A stretch of DNA of 64,000 bases from Squalus acanthias (taxonomy: Eukaryota): NCBI GenBank assembly GCA_030390025.1, contig CM059432.1, forward strand, positions 151,344,001 through 151,408,000, read 5' to 3'. Of the stretch, positions 13,998 to 28,124 are shown in pieces. Made by a program: the position numbers and the translations under genes. Below the pieces are notes generated by a model. That model had not been told where the DNA came from. It ran no database searches and saw only the letters and a list, made by a program, of their open reading frames with translations. Position 1 is the stretch's first letter, and the number at the start of each line of letters is the position of its first letter.

Positions 13998-14750
13998 TAG
14001 GAACAGGAGGAGGCCATTCAGCCCCTCGAGCCTGTTCCGCCATTCAGTTAGGTCATGACTGATCTGTATCTTAACTCTATCTACCCACCTTTGTTCCGTA
14101 ACTCTTAATATCCTTACCTAACAAAAATCTATCAATCTCGGTTTTGAAATTTTCAATTGACCCCCAGCCTCACCAGCTTTTTGGGGGCTTTATCAATACA
14201 TTCCTTTTGTTTCCTGGAAGAACTCATTAAATTTGTCACAACTTGCCTTTTACAATTCTATGCTCATGACTTTCTAAGCGAGTGGCAAGTTTATCCCGTA
14301 TTACAGACTCTGGAAGCTTACCCACGACTGATGTGAAGATGACTGGTATATAATGATCTGGTTTGTCCCTCTCTGCCTTTTTGGAGCAGATGTGTTACAT
14401 TGGCAACCCTGCAGTCCTCTGCCACAACTTTTGTATCCAAGGATGTTTGAAATATTGTCGGCAGAGCCTCTGCGATTTCCCCTCTAACTTCCATCAGCAA
14501 TCTTTACCAGTGCCTTTATCGACCCCTTCTTAGCCTTCCTAATCTTTTTTGCTTCACTTCTATATTTTCTATACTCTGCTTGATTTTTCTTTGTTATTAG
14601 ACCTAAATTTGTCATATGCCTCTTTTTTAAATCTCACTTTAATTTTAACTTCTCTACTAATCCACCTTTTGCTGCACCCCTTTACTTCTTGAGGGAAAAT
14701 GTCTACTTTGTGCCCCAAGCATTTTCTATTTGAACATTTCCAATCATATG
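13998..14750 (-). mobile_element. Degraded CR1 (tail and RT pieces), tail-to-tail with the previous fragment
   Basis: Reverse-complement CR1 tail; ORF 14318-14500 EIAEAL..IFQTSL...EDCRVANVT. Confidence 0.75.
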
Positions 14751-15262
14751 TCCACAGAGGCCCATTACTGCCATACTGCAGGTCAGTACCACCGCTAATC
14801 CTACACTGAGACCCTCTGAGAGCTGGGGACATGGGAACTCCTGGCGTTGGGAAGGAACATTGACATTAGCGTGAGATCCAACATACCCTGGTCTCGGCTT
14901 AAATTATGGCCCTTCTGACGTACTCCCATTGGAGTTATGGCAGGAATGCACCAGACAGGCTGTTGACTTTTGGCCCCAAGGTCTCTTTGTACCACTTTTG
15001 GGAGTATTACAAATAAAATCAAGGAACCAGAAGCACCAATCCTGCTGGAAGGGGGATAGTGTGGCAGCGATTATAGGGACCTGGCTGCAGCCCGAGCAAG
15101 ATTGGGAAAATCAGTATATCAGGATATCGAATTTTAGAAAGGAGAAGGAAAGTGGGAAAGGAGACGTGGGGCCTGAAGTAACAGACAACGTTCATAGCGA
15201 TAGAAACAAGAAAGCACGGGCTAAAATATTTTATAGATCTCCAGACTGTAATAGCTAAACAG

Positions 15263-15530
15263 GAGAATGTGTATAGAGATTAGAGAACTCGGCAATAATG
15301 GGAGATTTAAACCTGTATTTTGATTGGGAGAGAATGTGCATAGAGATTAGAGAACTCGGCAATAATGGGAGACTTAAACCTGTATTTTGATTGGGAGAGA
15401 ATGTGTATAGAGATTAGAGAACTCTGCAATAATGGGAGACTTAAACCTGTATTTTGATTGGGAGAGAATGTGTATAGAGATTAGAGAACTCTGCAATAAT
15501 GGGAGATTTAAACCTGTATTTTGATTGGGA
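15263..15530 (+). repeat. Four tandem copies of a 67-bp unit derived from the CR1 endonuclease region
   Basis: Units start at 15263, 15330, 15397 and 15464; each contains ataatgggaga(t/c)ttaaac (IMGDLN). Confidence 0.9.
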
Positions 15531-15992
15531 GAGAAATAGGAGCACAAGGGAGAATAGAGCTACTGAATGCTTTCTAGATTGGTCCCAAGAGCAGCAACAA
15601 GAGAGCAGGCAATACTTGATTTTGGTCCGAGTAATGGACCAGAAATAGTTAACAATCTGGAGTAAGGGAGCATCTTGTGAATATTGGGAATTTTGTTTAT
15701 GATTAGGTCTGAGTGAAGCACCTTGGGATGTTTTCTCTGTGAAAGGTGCTGTATAAATGTAGGTTGTTGTAGCGACCATAATATGATTGAAGTCACGATC
15801 AGACTTGAAGGGGAGAAGGAAGGGTCACAAGCGAAGGTTTCAGATTGAGGGTGAGGAAGGATGTACTGGAGTAGAGGGGAAGGGATTGTTCGTTGGTAAA
15901 TCTGTGCACTATAAGTGGAATCTATTCCAAGAGGTCATTGGTGGATGACAGGGAAAAGGGGTCGTTTTGGGGGGTGTCCAGCCACAGTCTAG

Positions 15993-16665
15993 GGGGGCTA
16001 AATTCAGTTGATTTGCGCCTCTAATGGGGCGCAAATCAACTAGCGCCTGGGCGTGGCACCGCTAATGCCTCCCGCAAAATTCAGCGGGAGATTAGCGGCG
16101 GTGCCGCACGGCGCTGCGCCACCGGCAATGACGTCATCGCCATGCGCAGCGCCCCGTTTGCGCCCCGGCTGTAATATTGGGTGGCACCCCCCAACTTACC
16201 GCCGGACGCCATGTCCACCGGGGTCAGGGGGGCCTACCTGCGGCCGGGGTGGCGCTAGTTAAAGGGGAGGTGGCGGGCGGCCATTTTTGTTGCTGGCCGC
16301 CTGCCAGCACCTGCCCCCGTTGCTGTTCCCGGCCCCGGTGAAGCCCCCCCGCGGGGTGCAGGCTGCTCTCCATGAGCCCGGCACTCCTCTTGAGTGCCGG
16401 GCTCGTTTGCCGGCACTCCCGATCCCTGGTGGCCCAGCTGGGCGCCAGGACGCGCTGCGCCAGGCCCCTCCCCTTTAATAAGGGGAGGAAGGCCTGCAGT
16501 ACCGCAGCGCGACGTGATATTGGCTCGCAGCGCCCCAAGAGGGACACAGGGCGCTTCCAGTAGTGCCCTTCTTCCCTCTCGGGGCGCTACCTGGGAAAAT
16601 CAGCCACGGAGGCGCTAACTTTTTCGGCCCCGGCGAAGGTAACGCCCCCACCTAATTTTTACCCC
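15993..16665. mobile_element. Non-autonomous Harbinger-like element (MITE)
   Basis: Ends ggggctaaatt...aatttttacccc, flanked by a 3-bp TAG duplication. GC/CpG-rich; left end is homologous to the element at 42034. Confidence 0.75.
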
Positions 16666-17862
16666 TAGTATTAAACAAAAGGAGAAGGGTTATGTGAAGA
16701 CAAAGAATGAGGACTGGGAGGATTATAGAAAGAATCAAAAGGAGACCAACAAAATAATAAGTAAAGCCGAGAGGGAGGGAGAAAATATACTTGGAGATGA
16801 TATCAGAGGTAATACAAAGGCTTTCATAAATACATCAAGTAAAAGACCATTAAAGCAGGAGGAGGAGGAACCACTAAAATCAGAGTTTGGTATGTTAGAG
16901 TAGAGAATAAATACATTGTAGAATTGCTGATTTTGCTTTGCTTCTCACTGCGGAGAAGGAATATTCAATACCAAAGGCAGTGAAGGTTTAGTGAAAGGGA
17001 GAAATAGGGTTAGTATAGGAAGAAAAATTCTAATAGATAAAATAGCGGGAATGAAGCCAGACAATTCTCCAGGCCAGGTTGTTACTACCTGAGGGTACTG
17101 AAAGAAATAGGTGAGTAAATTGGGGATGCATTACTTATAATCTTCAGAAAGTCAGTGAATTGAAGGTAGAGCACCTCACACCATCATTCAAAATAGGGCA
17201 AACCAAGTAACTATGGGCCAGTGAGTGAGTCCAAAGTGAGCACTTGGACGAGTATAATGGGCCTGAAGTTCCATTGGCATTCTGCCAATCTTCCACTGTT
17301 GCTGAGAATTTTCTCTGTGCCTGGTAAGGGGCAGAACGTCTACCTGCCCCTTTACAAGGCAAATGACAGACAATGGTGGGGCCAGGGGCAGGGGATTCCT
17401 AAGATAGGAGTTCCCACTCCTGCTCCTCAGTCAGAATCCCATGCTTGTATTGGTAGCTGGTACACTGAGTGAGTACCTGTCTCCACAAGGGAATATTTGG
17501 GTCCCACTGGCTGAATTATATATTATTTTAAATGAAACCAGATTTACCCCTTCCTCAGGGAGCTGATAGGACAGTTGCTGAGGTCAGGAAGGGGGAGTCC
17601 TGGGCTGGGACCACTAGCTGAGGAATTCTGGGACCGAGCTGATTAGAGAGAGGCAGCATGGTTTTGTGAGAGGTAGGTCAAGTCTGACTAATCTGATCAA
17701 GTTCTTTGGGGTGATTGTGAGGGAGATCAATGGTTTTCTCATGAATTTTCAGAAGGCACTTTATAAAGTTCCACACAAGAGATTAAATTCAGGCACATGG
17801 AACTTCACGGCAATGATAGGAAATTAGTTGTGAGGTAGGAGACTGAGAATAGGGACAAAAGG

Positions 17863-20858
17863 GGGGGGGTTTAAACTAATTTGTCAGGGGGATGGGAAAA
17901 AGGGCTGTAGTCCAGGAGCCAGTGGTGAGTGTAGGGAGGTACTGAGGAGGGTATCAAGGTCGCAGGAATGTACCGGCAGACAGGAAGATGGCTTGAAGTG
18001 TGTCTACTTCAATGCAAGGAGCATCCGGAATAAGGTAGGAGAACTTGGAGCGTGGATTGGTACTTAGGACTACGATGTGGTGGCCATTACGGAGACATGG
18101 TTAGAACAGGGATAGGAATGGTTGTTGGAAGTTCCGGGGTATAGATGTTTCAGTAAGAGTAGGGAAGGTGGTAAGAAAGGTGGAGGAGTAGCATTGTTAA
18201 TCAAGGATAGTTTAACAGCGGCAGAAAGGCAGTTCGAGGGGGATCTGCCGTCTGAGGTAATATGGGCTGAAGTTAGAAATAGGAAAGGAGCGGTCACGTT
18301 GTTAGGAGTTTTCTACAGGCCCCCAAATAGTAATAGAGATGTGGAGGAAGAAATTGCAAAGCAGATTAAGAATAGGTGTGGAGGTCACAGAGTAGTTGTC
18401 ATGGGTGATTTCAACTTTCCAAATATTGATTGGAACCTTTATAGGTCAAACAGTTCGGATGGGATAGTTTTTGCACAGTGTGTGCAGGAGGGTTTCCTGA
18501 CACAATATGTGGATAGGCTGGCAAGAGGTGGGGCCACATTGGATTTGGTACTGGGTAATGAACTGGGCCAAGTGTTTGATTTGTATGTGGGAGAGCACTT
18601 TGGAGATAGTGACCACAATTCGGTGACTTTCACTATTGCAATGGAGAGGGATAGGGCCATACGGCAGGGCAGGGTTTATAATTGGGGGAGGGGTAATTAT
18701 GATGCGATTAGGCAAGAATTAGGGAGCATAAGATGGGAACAGAAACTATCAGGGAAAGGCACAAACGAAAAGTGGAGCTTTTTCATGGAGCAATTACTGC
18801 GTGTCCTTGATAGGTATGTCCCTGTCAGGCAGGGAGGAAATGGCCGAGTGAGAGAACCATGGTTCACAAAAGAGGTTGAATGACTAGTCAAGAGGAAAAA
18901 GGAAGCGTATGTAAGGATGAGAAAACAAGGTTCAGTTGGGTCGATTGAGGGATACAAGGTAGCAAGGAATGAGCTAAAAAAAGAGCTTAGGAGAGCTAGG
19001 AGGGGGCATGAGAAGTCCTTGGCGGGTCGGATCAAGGAAAACCACAAGGCTTTTTACTCTTATGTGAGAAATAAAAGAATGACCAGGGTGAGGGTAGGGC
19101 CGGTCAAGGACAGTAGTGGGAACTTGTGCATGGAGTCAGAAGAGATAGGAGAGGTGATGAATGAATACTTTTCGTCAGTGTTCACCAAGGAGAGGGGCCA
19201 TGTTTTTGAGGATGAGAGTGTGATAAAGGTGGATAGGCTGGAGGAGGTAGATGTTCTGAGGGAAGATGTTTTAGCAATTTTGAAGAACCTGAGGGTCGAT
19301 AAGTCCCCTGGGCCAGATGTGATATATCCTAGGATTCTTTGGGAGGCAAGGGAGGAGATTGCAGAGCCTTTGGCTTTGATCTTTGGGTCCTCACTGTCCA
19401 CGGGGATGGTGTCAGAGGACTGGAGAGTGGCGAATGTTGTTCCTCTCTTCAAGAAAGGAAATAGGAATGACCCTGGTAATTATAGGCCGGTTAGTCTTAC
19501 TTCGGTGGTTGGTAAGATAATGGAAAAGGTCCTGAGGGATAGGATTTATGACCATTTGGAAAGAGGCAACTTAATCCGGGATAGTCAACACGGATTCGTG
19601 AAGGGTAAGTCTTGCCTAGCAAATTTGATTGAATTCTTTGAGGAGGTAACTAAGTGTGTAGATGAAGGTAGAGCAGTTGATGTCGTATACATGGATTTTA
19701 GTAAGGCGTTTGATAAGGTTCCCCATGGTCGGCTCATGAAGAAAGTAAGGAGTTGTGGGATAGAAGGAAATTTGGCCGATTGGATAAGTAACTGGCTATC
19801 TCATAGAAGGCAGAGGGTGGTGGTGGATGGAACATTTTTGGACTGGAGACCAGTTACCAGCGGTGTGCCACAGGGGTCGGTGCTGGGTCCTCTGCTGTTT
19901 GTGATTTTTATCAATGACTTGGAGGAGGGGACTGAAGGGTGGATCAGTAAATTTGCTGATGACACCAAGATTGGTGGAGTAGTGGATGAGGTGGAGGGCA
20001 GTTGTAGGCTGCAAAGAGACATTGATAGGATGCAGAGCTGGGCCGAAAAATGGCAAATGGAATTTAACCCTGATAAGTGCGAGGTGATTCATTTTGGTAG
20101 GGCAAATTTGAATAAGGATTACAGGGTCAACGGCAGGGTTCTGAGGAACGTGGAGGAACAGAGGGATCTGGGGGTTCATATACACAGATCTCTGAAGGTT
20201 GCCACTCAAGTGGATAGAGCAGTAAAGAAGGCCTATAGTGTATTAGCGTTTATTAACAAGGGGTTTGAGTTTAAGAACCGTGAGGTTATGCAACAACTGT
20301 ACAGGACCTTGGTGAGACCACATTTGGAATATTGTGTGCAGTTCTGGTCACCTCACTATAGGAAGGACGTGGAAGCATTGGAAAGAGTGCAAAGGAGATT
20401 TACCAGGATGTTGCCTGGTTTGGAGGGGAGGTCTTATGAGGAAAGATTGAGGGAGCTAGGGCTTTTCTCTTTAGAGCGGAGGAGGATGAGAGGCGACTTA
20501 ATAGAGGTTTATAAGATGATGAGGGGGATAGATAGAGTGGATGTTCAGAGACTATTTCCTCGGGTGGATGTAGCTGTTACAAGGGGGCATAACTATAAGG
20601 TGCATGGGGGGAGATATAGAAGGGAGGTCCGAGGTAGATTCTTTACTCAGAGAGTGGTTGGGGTGTGGAATGGACTGCCTGCTGTGATAGTGGAGTCGGA
20701 CACTTTAGGAACTTTCAAGCGGTTATTGGATAAGCACAGGGAGCACACCAGAATGATAGGGAGTGGGATAGCTTGATCTTGGTTTCGGACAATGCTCGGC
20801 ACAACATCGAGGGCCGAAGGGCCTGTACTGTGCTGTACTGTTCTATGTTCTATGTTCT
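17863..20858 (+). mobile_element. Young CR1 LINE with near-complete ORF2 (few stops)
   Basis: ORFs 18122-18883 and 18917-20776 are in the same frame. Tail (ctatgtt)n; aaaagg duplicated at 17857-17862 and 20859-20864. Confidence 0.95.
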
Positions 20859-22261
20859 AAAAGGAATATTACTGGATTGATAGGCAGTGATAAGTGGTGT
20901 CACCCAGGGATCTTTGCTGGGGCCCCATTTTTTCACTCTACATACAAACGGCCAGGATTCTAAATAGAGGCGATTGTATCCAAGTTTGCAGACAACACTA
21001 AGTTGTTAGACTCTCTGATGACATTATGGGGCTATAGCTACATTGGCATATATTTGGGGTTTTAATTAACCTAGTGCACAACATGTGCATGGGCTCTCAG
21101 TGCCACAGGTACTTCTACAGCTCAGTATACAGTGCTATGTGCACCAGGCTCTGAGCAGACTCGAGTGCCTAATAATACAAGGGGGTGCTAACTATGAGTG
21201 CTGAACATTACATTATCAACACATTTGTGTTGAGCCATTAAAAACCCTTTTGTGAAGGTGACCCTCTGCTCCGTATTTCCAGAAAAGAAAACCTAGAAAC
21301 AGAAAATCCTCACAAACACATTTACGACATCGCTACATGTAACACTCAGCGGACTGCTTACCCTCGAGTTCTTTGCATGGAGCTGGTTTAATCCTTCTTG
21401 GAAATTCTTTCCCCTTCTGGACTTAGTCTTGTTAATGTGTGGATTAGACAGAGAGGTAGTCTAATCCTTCAGACCCAGTTCCCGAAGAGAACCTTAAACC
21501 TGTAGCATTAGATCGGTGTTCTTTGGGCCTCCCGAGTCGAACTTCAAGTGCTGCAACATGTTAACGATCTCACAGGATCTAACATTTTTCCACTTGAAGG
21601 TACCTTTCAAACTGATTTATAATTTCAGCATTTTCACCTAATGATAATGAGCCTGAAACTGTAAGATGGAAAATGATTAACAGCCTCCTGTAAGATAACT
21701 TGACTAAATTCACCTGTCAAGAAATCAGCAAAGTTCGGGCCAGTTGAGATTGTCAGCAGCTTTGAAGATCTTTATTCGAGGACAAGCAATAAATTATCTC
21801 TCCATAGAAGAGGTGCAAAATGAAATGTATTACATAACCTTCTGGACCTGCAGACACAGAAAGCTGCTGAGAGTACACCTGGCAGACTGTGAGAAACTAG
21901 AATGGTGAAAATGCAACTATTTAAATAATGGCAAGGCTTTTGCACTTATGACCTCAACACATAAGTAGACACAGGATGGAACCAGTGGGCTACACACAGA
22001 CCGCACGCCTAATAGCAAGAGTGCAGGTGTAAATCTGTTCTTTCATGGTAATATCAGAAGTTCACTCATTATTTATAGTGCACAATGGAATACAGATCTA
22101 TCGTAATTCTTTACAACAATGTATTGTGTAGCCATAAAAATAGGGCTTTAAACTAATGAAGTGGGGGTGGGAGGATTCAGGAAAGGGTAAATTCAAAAGC
22201 AGTAAGAGAAATGTCAAGGCTGCAGAGCAGAGTAGCGATTTGGGTAAAAATAAGCAGAGTG

Positions 22262-25200
22262 CACGTAGCATTCGTAACAAAATAGACGAGTTAATGGCAC
22301 AAATAACTACATATGGTTATGATATTGTGGCCATTACAGAAACATGGCTGCAGGGTGACAATGCCTGGGAATTAAACATACCAGGTTATTTAACGATCAG
22401 GAGGGACAGGCAGGAAGGAAGGGGAGGTGGGGTGGCTATGTTAATAAAGGAAGGAATCACTGTAATACAGAGTAATGATATTGGGTCAAAAAATCATGAT
22501 AATGAAACAGTTTGGGTGGAGATAAGGAATAATAAGGGGGAAAAAACACTAGTGGGCGTAGTCTATAGGCCTCCGAACAGTTGCAACTCTGTTGGACGGA
22601 GTATCAATCAGGAAATAGTTGAGGCATGTAATAAGGGAACATCTATAATTATGGGGGATTTTAACTATCATATTAATTGGACAAATCAAATGGGGCAGGG
22701 CTGCCTTGAGGATGAGTTCATTGAGTGTATTAGGGATGGGTTTCTTGAGCAGTATGTAACTGAACCGACCAGGGGGCAAGCAACCTTAGATCTGGTCCTG
22801 TGTAACGAGACAGGATTAATTAAAAATGTCCTAGTAAAGGATCCCCTTGGAATGAGTGACCATAACATGGTTGAATTCCATATTCAATTAGAGGGTGAGA
22901 AGGTTGGATCTCAAACAAGCGTGCTAAGCTTGAATAAAGGAGACTATGAAGGTATGCGAGCGGAATTGAGTAGACTGGATTGGGAAAATAGATTAAAGGG
23001 TAAGACGACACATGATCAGTGGTGTACATTCAAGGAGTTATTTTACAACTTCCAAAAAAAATATATTCCACTGAAAAGAAAAGGGTGTAAAACAGTCATC
23101 CGTGGCTAAGTAAAGAAATTAAGGATAGTATTCGACTAAAAACAAGGGCATATAAGGTAGCGAAATCTAGTGGGAGGACAGAGGATTGGGAAAACTTTAA
23201 AAGGCAGCAAAAAATAACAAAAAGATTGATTAAGAAAGGGAAGATAGATTATGAAAGTAAATTAGCAAAAAATATAAAAACAGATAGTAAGAGTTTTTAT
23301 AGTTATATAAAAAGAAAAAGGGTGGCTAAAGTAAATGTTGGTCCCTTAGAGGATGAGACCGGGAAATTAATGGTGGGAAATATGGAGATGGCAAACACAC
23401 TGAATGAATATTTTGTATCAGTCTTTACAGTAGAGGACACTAAGAATATCCCAACACTGGACAAACAGGGGGCTATAGGGGGAGAGGAGCTAAACACGAT
23501 CAAAATCACTAAGGAAGTGGTACTCGGTAAAATAATGGGACTCAAGGCGGATAAATCAACTGGACCTGATGGTTTACATCCTAGAGTCTTGAAGGAAGTG
23601 GCGGTAGGGATTGTAGATGCATTGGTAATAATTTTTCAAAACTCCCTGGATTCCGCTAAGGTCCCGGCAGACTGGAAAACTGCTAATGTAACACCCTTAT
23701 TTAAAAAGGGCAGTAGACAGAAGGCTGGTAACTATAGACCGGTTAGCCTAACATCTGTGGTAGGTAAAATTTTGGAGTCCATTATTAAGGAAACAGTAAC
23801 AGGACATTTGGATAATCATAATTTAATAGGACAAAGTCAGCATGGTTTTACGAAGGGGAAGTCATGTTTGACAAATTTGCTGGAGTTCTTTGAGGAAGTA
23901 ACATATAGAGTGGATAAAGGGGAACCAGTGGACGTAGTGTATTTAGACTTCCAAAAGGCATTTGACAAGGTGCCACACAAAAGATTATTGCTTAAGGTAA
24001 AAAATCACGGGATTGGGGGTAATATTCTGGCATGGATAGAGGATTGGCTATCTAACAGAAAGCAAAGAGTTGGGATAAATGGTTCATTCTCAGACTGGCA
24101 ATCAGTAACTAGTGGTGTTCCACAGGGGTCAGTGCTGGGTCCCCAACTCTTTACAATCTATATTAACGATTTGGAGGAAGGGACCAAGTGTAACATATCA
24201 AAATTTGCAGATGATACAAAGATGGGAGGGAAAGTAGTGAGTGAGGAGGACATAAAAAACCTGCAAGGGGACATAGACAGGCTAAGTAAGTGGGCAGAGA
24301 TTTGGCAGATGGAATACAACACTGGAAAGTGTGAGGTGATGCACTTTGGCAGGAAAAATCCTAGAGCAATTTATTATCTTAATGGCAAGAAACTGGAGAG
24401 TACTGAAGTGCAAAGGGATCTGGGGGTCCTGGTGCACGAAACTCAAAAGGTTAGTATGCAGGTGCAGCAAGTGATTAAGAAGGCAAATGGAATGTTGGCT
24501 TTCATTGCTAGGGGGATAGAATATAAAAATAGGGAGGTATTGCTTCAGTTGTACAAGGTATTGGTGAGACCGCACCTGGAATACTGCATACAGTTTTGGT
24601 GTCCTTGCTTAAGGAAAGACATTCTTGCTCTCGAGGCAGTGCAAAAAAGGTTCACTCAGTTAATCCCGGGGATGAGGGGGTGGTCATATGAGGAGAGGTT
24701 GGGTAGATTGGGACTCTACTCATTGGAGTTCAGAAGAATGAGAGGCGATCTTATTGAAACATATAAGATTGTGAAGGGGTTGGATCGGGTGGATGCGGGG
24801 AGGATGTTCCCGATGACGGGTGAGACTATAACTAGGGGACATAGTCTTAGAATAAGGGGCTGCTCTTTCAAAACTGAGATGAGTAGGAACTACTTCACTC
24901 AGAGGGTGGTAGGTCCATGGAATATGCTGCCACAAAAAGCTGTAGAAGCTACATCATTAAATAAATTTAAAACAGAAATAGACAGTTTCCTAGAAGTAAA
25001 GGGCATTAAGGGTTACGGGGAGCGGGCAGGAATTTGGACATGAGTCTAGGTTCGGATCGGTCATGGCCCTGTGGGTAGTGGAGCGGGCCCAGGGACCGTG
25101 TAGCCTGATTCTGCTCCTATTTCGTGTGTGCAATTCTGTTAGATGCAGGAGATGGTTCTGTGATAGATAGTAGATTGGCGGTTAGGATCAGATCAGCCAT

Positions 25201-25279
25201 GATCTTATTGAATGGCGGAGCAGGCTCGAGGGGCCGATTGGCCTACTCCTGCTCCTATTTCTTATGTTCTTATGTTCTT
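22262..25279 (+). mobile_element. Young CR1 LINE, ORF2 nearly intact (one frameshift near 23100), with a doubled 3' tail
   Basis: ORFs 22156-23109 and 23226-25043; AGTG duplicated at 22258-22261 and 25280-25283. Confidence 0.93.
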
Positions 25280-26555
25280 AGTGGTTCAGGAAGGGACAGA
25301 GAGCTTAACAAAGGTAATAGGGCATCAGTGACTAAGGCGACGTCAGGGAAAAATAGAAATAAGTCAAAGCTAAAGGCTCTATAACTGAATGTGTGAAGCA
25401 TTCACAACAAAATAGATGAATTAATACCACAGATAGAAATAAATGGGTTTGATATAATAGCCATTACGGAGACGTGGTTGCAGAGTGACCAAGATTGGGA
25501 ACTAAATATTCCAGGATACTTGACTTTTAAAAGAGATAGGAAAATGGAAAAGGAGGGGGAGTTAGTCCTGATAATAAAGAATGGGATACAGACAGCAGAG
25601 AGAAAGTCTCTTAGCTCCGAAAGCCAAGATGTAGAATCAGTTTGGGTGGAGCTAAGAAACAACAAGGGACAAAAAAACACTGCTGGGAGTAGTTTATAGG
25701 CCCCCTAACAGTAGTTGTAGTGTTGGGCACAGTATAAATCAGGAAATTAGAGGTGTAACAAGGGTAATACAATAATCATGGGGGACTTTAATCTTTATAT
25801 AGGCTGGGCAAACCAAATTTACAGTAATAGTGTGGAGGGCGAATTCATGGAATGTATTCAAGATAGTTTTCTAGATCAGTATGTCAAGGAACCAACTAGG
25901 GAACAGGCTATTTTAGATCTAGTATTGTGCAATGAGAAAGGGTTAATTAATAATCTTGTAGTAAAGGAGCCTCTGGGGAAGAGTGATCATAATATGATAG
26001 AATTTTATATTGAGTTGGGACTGATTTAGTTAAGCCAGAAACTAGGCTCATCAATCTGAACAAAGCAAACTACGTAGGTATGAGGGGTGAGTTGGCTAAG
26101 GTAGATTAAAAGATATGATGGTAAATAAACAATGGTAAACATTTAAATAATTAATTCATAATTTGCAATGAATATACATTCCCCTGAGGAATAAAAACCC
26201 TACAGGATTAGTAGTCAAACCATGGCTAACAAGAGAAGTTAAATATACTACTAGATTAAAGGAAGAGGCTTATAAAGTTGCCAAAATGAGTAGTAAGCCT
26301 GAGGACTGTAAGGATTTTAGAATTGAGCAAAGATGACCAAGAAATTGATAAAGAAAGAGAAAAGAGAATACGAGAGTAAACTAGCAAGAGACATAAAAAC
26401 AGATCATAAAAGCTATCTATAGATATGTAAAAAAATACAAGATTAGCGAAAGTGAACATGGGTCCTTTAGAGGCAGAAATTATAATGGGGAATAAGGAAA
26501 TGGCAGAGACATTAAGTGAATACTTTGTGTCTGTCTTCACAGTAGAAGACACATT

Positions 26556-27266
26556 TGGGTGTCCTCGTGCAAGAAACACAGAAAGCTAGCATGCAGGCAC
26601 AGCAAGCAATAAGGAAGGCAAATGGCATGTTGGCCTTTATTGCAAGGGGGTTGGAGTACAAGAGTAAGGAAGTCTCGTTACAATTGTACAGGGCCTTGGT
26701 GAGACCACACCTGGAATACTGTGCACAGTTTTGGTGTCCTTATCTAAGGAAGGATATACTTGCCTTGGAGGCTGTGCAACGAAGGTTCACTAGATTGATT
26801 CCTGGGATGAGAGGGCTGTCCGATGAGAGATTGTGTAGAATGGGTCTATAATCTCTGGAGTTTAGAAGAATGAGAGGTGATCTCATTGAAACATACAAGA
26901 TTCTGAAGGGGATTGACAGGGTAGGTGCTGAGAGGTTGTTTCCCCTGGCTGGAGTGTCTAGAACTAGCGAGCATAGTCTCAGGATAAGGGGTAGGGCATT
27001 GAAGACCGAGATGAGGAGGAATTTCTTCACTCAGAGGGTTGTGAATCTTTGGAATTCTCTACCCCAGAGGGCTGTGAATGCTGAGTCTCTGAGTATAGTC
27101 AAGGCTGAGATAGATAGATTTTTGGACTCTAGGGGAATCAAGGGATATGGAGATCGGGCGGGCAAGTGGAGTTGAGGTTGAAGATCAGCCATGATCTTAT
27201 TGAGTGGCGGAGCAGGCTCGAGGGGCCGTGTGGCCTACTCCTGCTCCTATTTCTTATGTTCTTATA
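26556..27266 (+). mobile_element. 5'-truncated CR1 nested in the host CR1
   Basis: RT C-terminus and tail; ACATT duplicated at 26551-26555 and 27267-27271. Confidence 0.88.
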
Positions 27267-28124
27267 ACATTCTGATCTAGCGAGATTGAGGAACTTAAAG
27301 AAATTAGTACTAGTAAAGAAATTGTACTGGAGAAATTAATGGGACTAAAAGTCGACAAATCCCCTGGATCTGATGGCCTACATCCAAGGGATTTAAAAGC
27401 GATATGTACAGAAATAGTGGATGCATTGGTTTTGATCTTCCAGAATTCCCTAGATTCTAGAATGGTCCCCGTGGATTGAAAGGTTGCAAACGTAACCCCA
27501 TTATTCAAGAAAGGAGGGAGAGAGGAAACAGGAAACTATAGATCAGTTAGCCTGGCATCAGTAGTAGGGAAAATGCTAGAACCTATTATTAGGGACATGG
27601 TAACAGGGCACTTAAAAATTCACAATATGACTGGACAGAGTCAACATGGATTTATAAAAGGGAAATTGTGTTTGACAAATCTAATAAGAGCTTTTTGAGT
27701 TTGTAACTAACAGGGTAGATAAGAGGGAACCAGTGGATGTGGTGTATTTGGATTTTCAGAAAGCATTCAATAAGGTGGCACACAAGAGGTTATTACACAA
27801 AATTAGGGCTCATGGGATAGGGGATAGTATATTAGCATGGATTGAGGATTGGTTAAGGGACAGAAAACAGAGTAGGAATAAACGGGTCATTTTTGGGTTG
27901 GCAGGCTGTAACTAGTGGGGTACCGCAAGGATCAGTGCTTGGGCCTCAGCTATTCACAATCTATATCAATGACTTAGATGAGGGGACCAAGTGTAATATA
28001 TCCAAGTTTGTTGACAATACAAAGTTAGGTGGGAAAGTAAGCTGTGAGGAGAACACAAAGAGGCTGCAAAGGGATATAGATAGGTTAAGTGAGTGGGCAA
28101 TAAGGTGGCAGATGGAGTATAATG

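Larger units (their letters stand above)
15040..21005 (+). mobile_element. Old, heavily degraded CR1 that hosts a tandem repeat, a MITE and a young CR1
   Basis: Residual AII.TWLQ, IMGDLN, DNSPG and FQKA..KVPH motifs; RT remnant resumes at 20865 (ggtgtcacccaggga...caagtttgcagac). Confidence 0.65.

Noticed and set aside
18917..20776. Long RT ORFs as host genes or retrons (also 23226-25043, 38107-39528, 45439-47268)
   Set aside because: All are CR1 ORF2 with LINE tails, TSDs and disabling lesions.
21356..21505. Possible minus-strand exon (ctacag...gtaagc)
   Set aside because: Stops in all three frames and a weak pyrimidine tract; at most non-coding.
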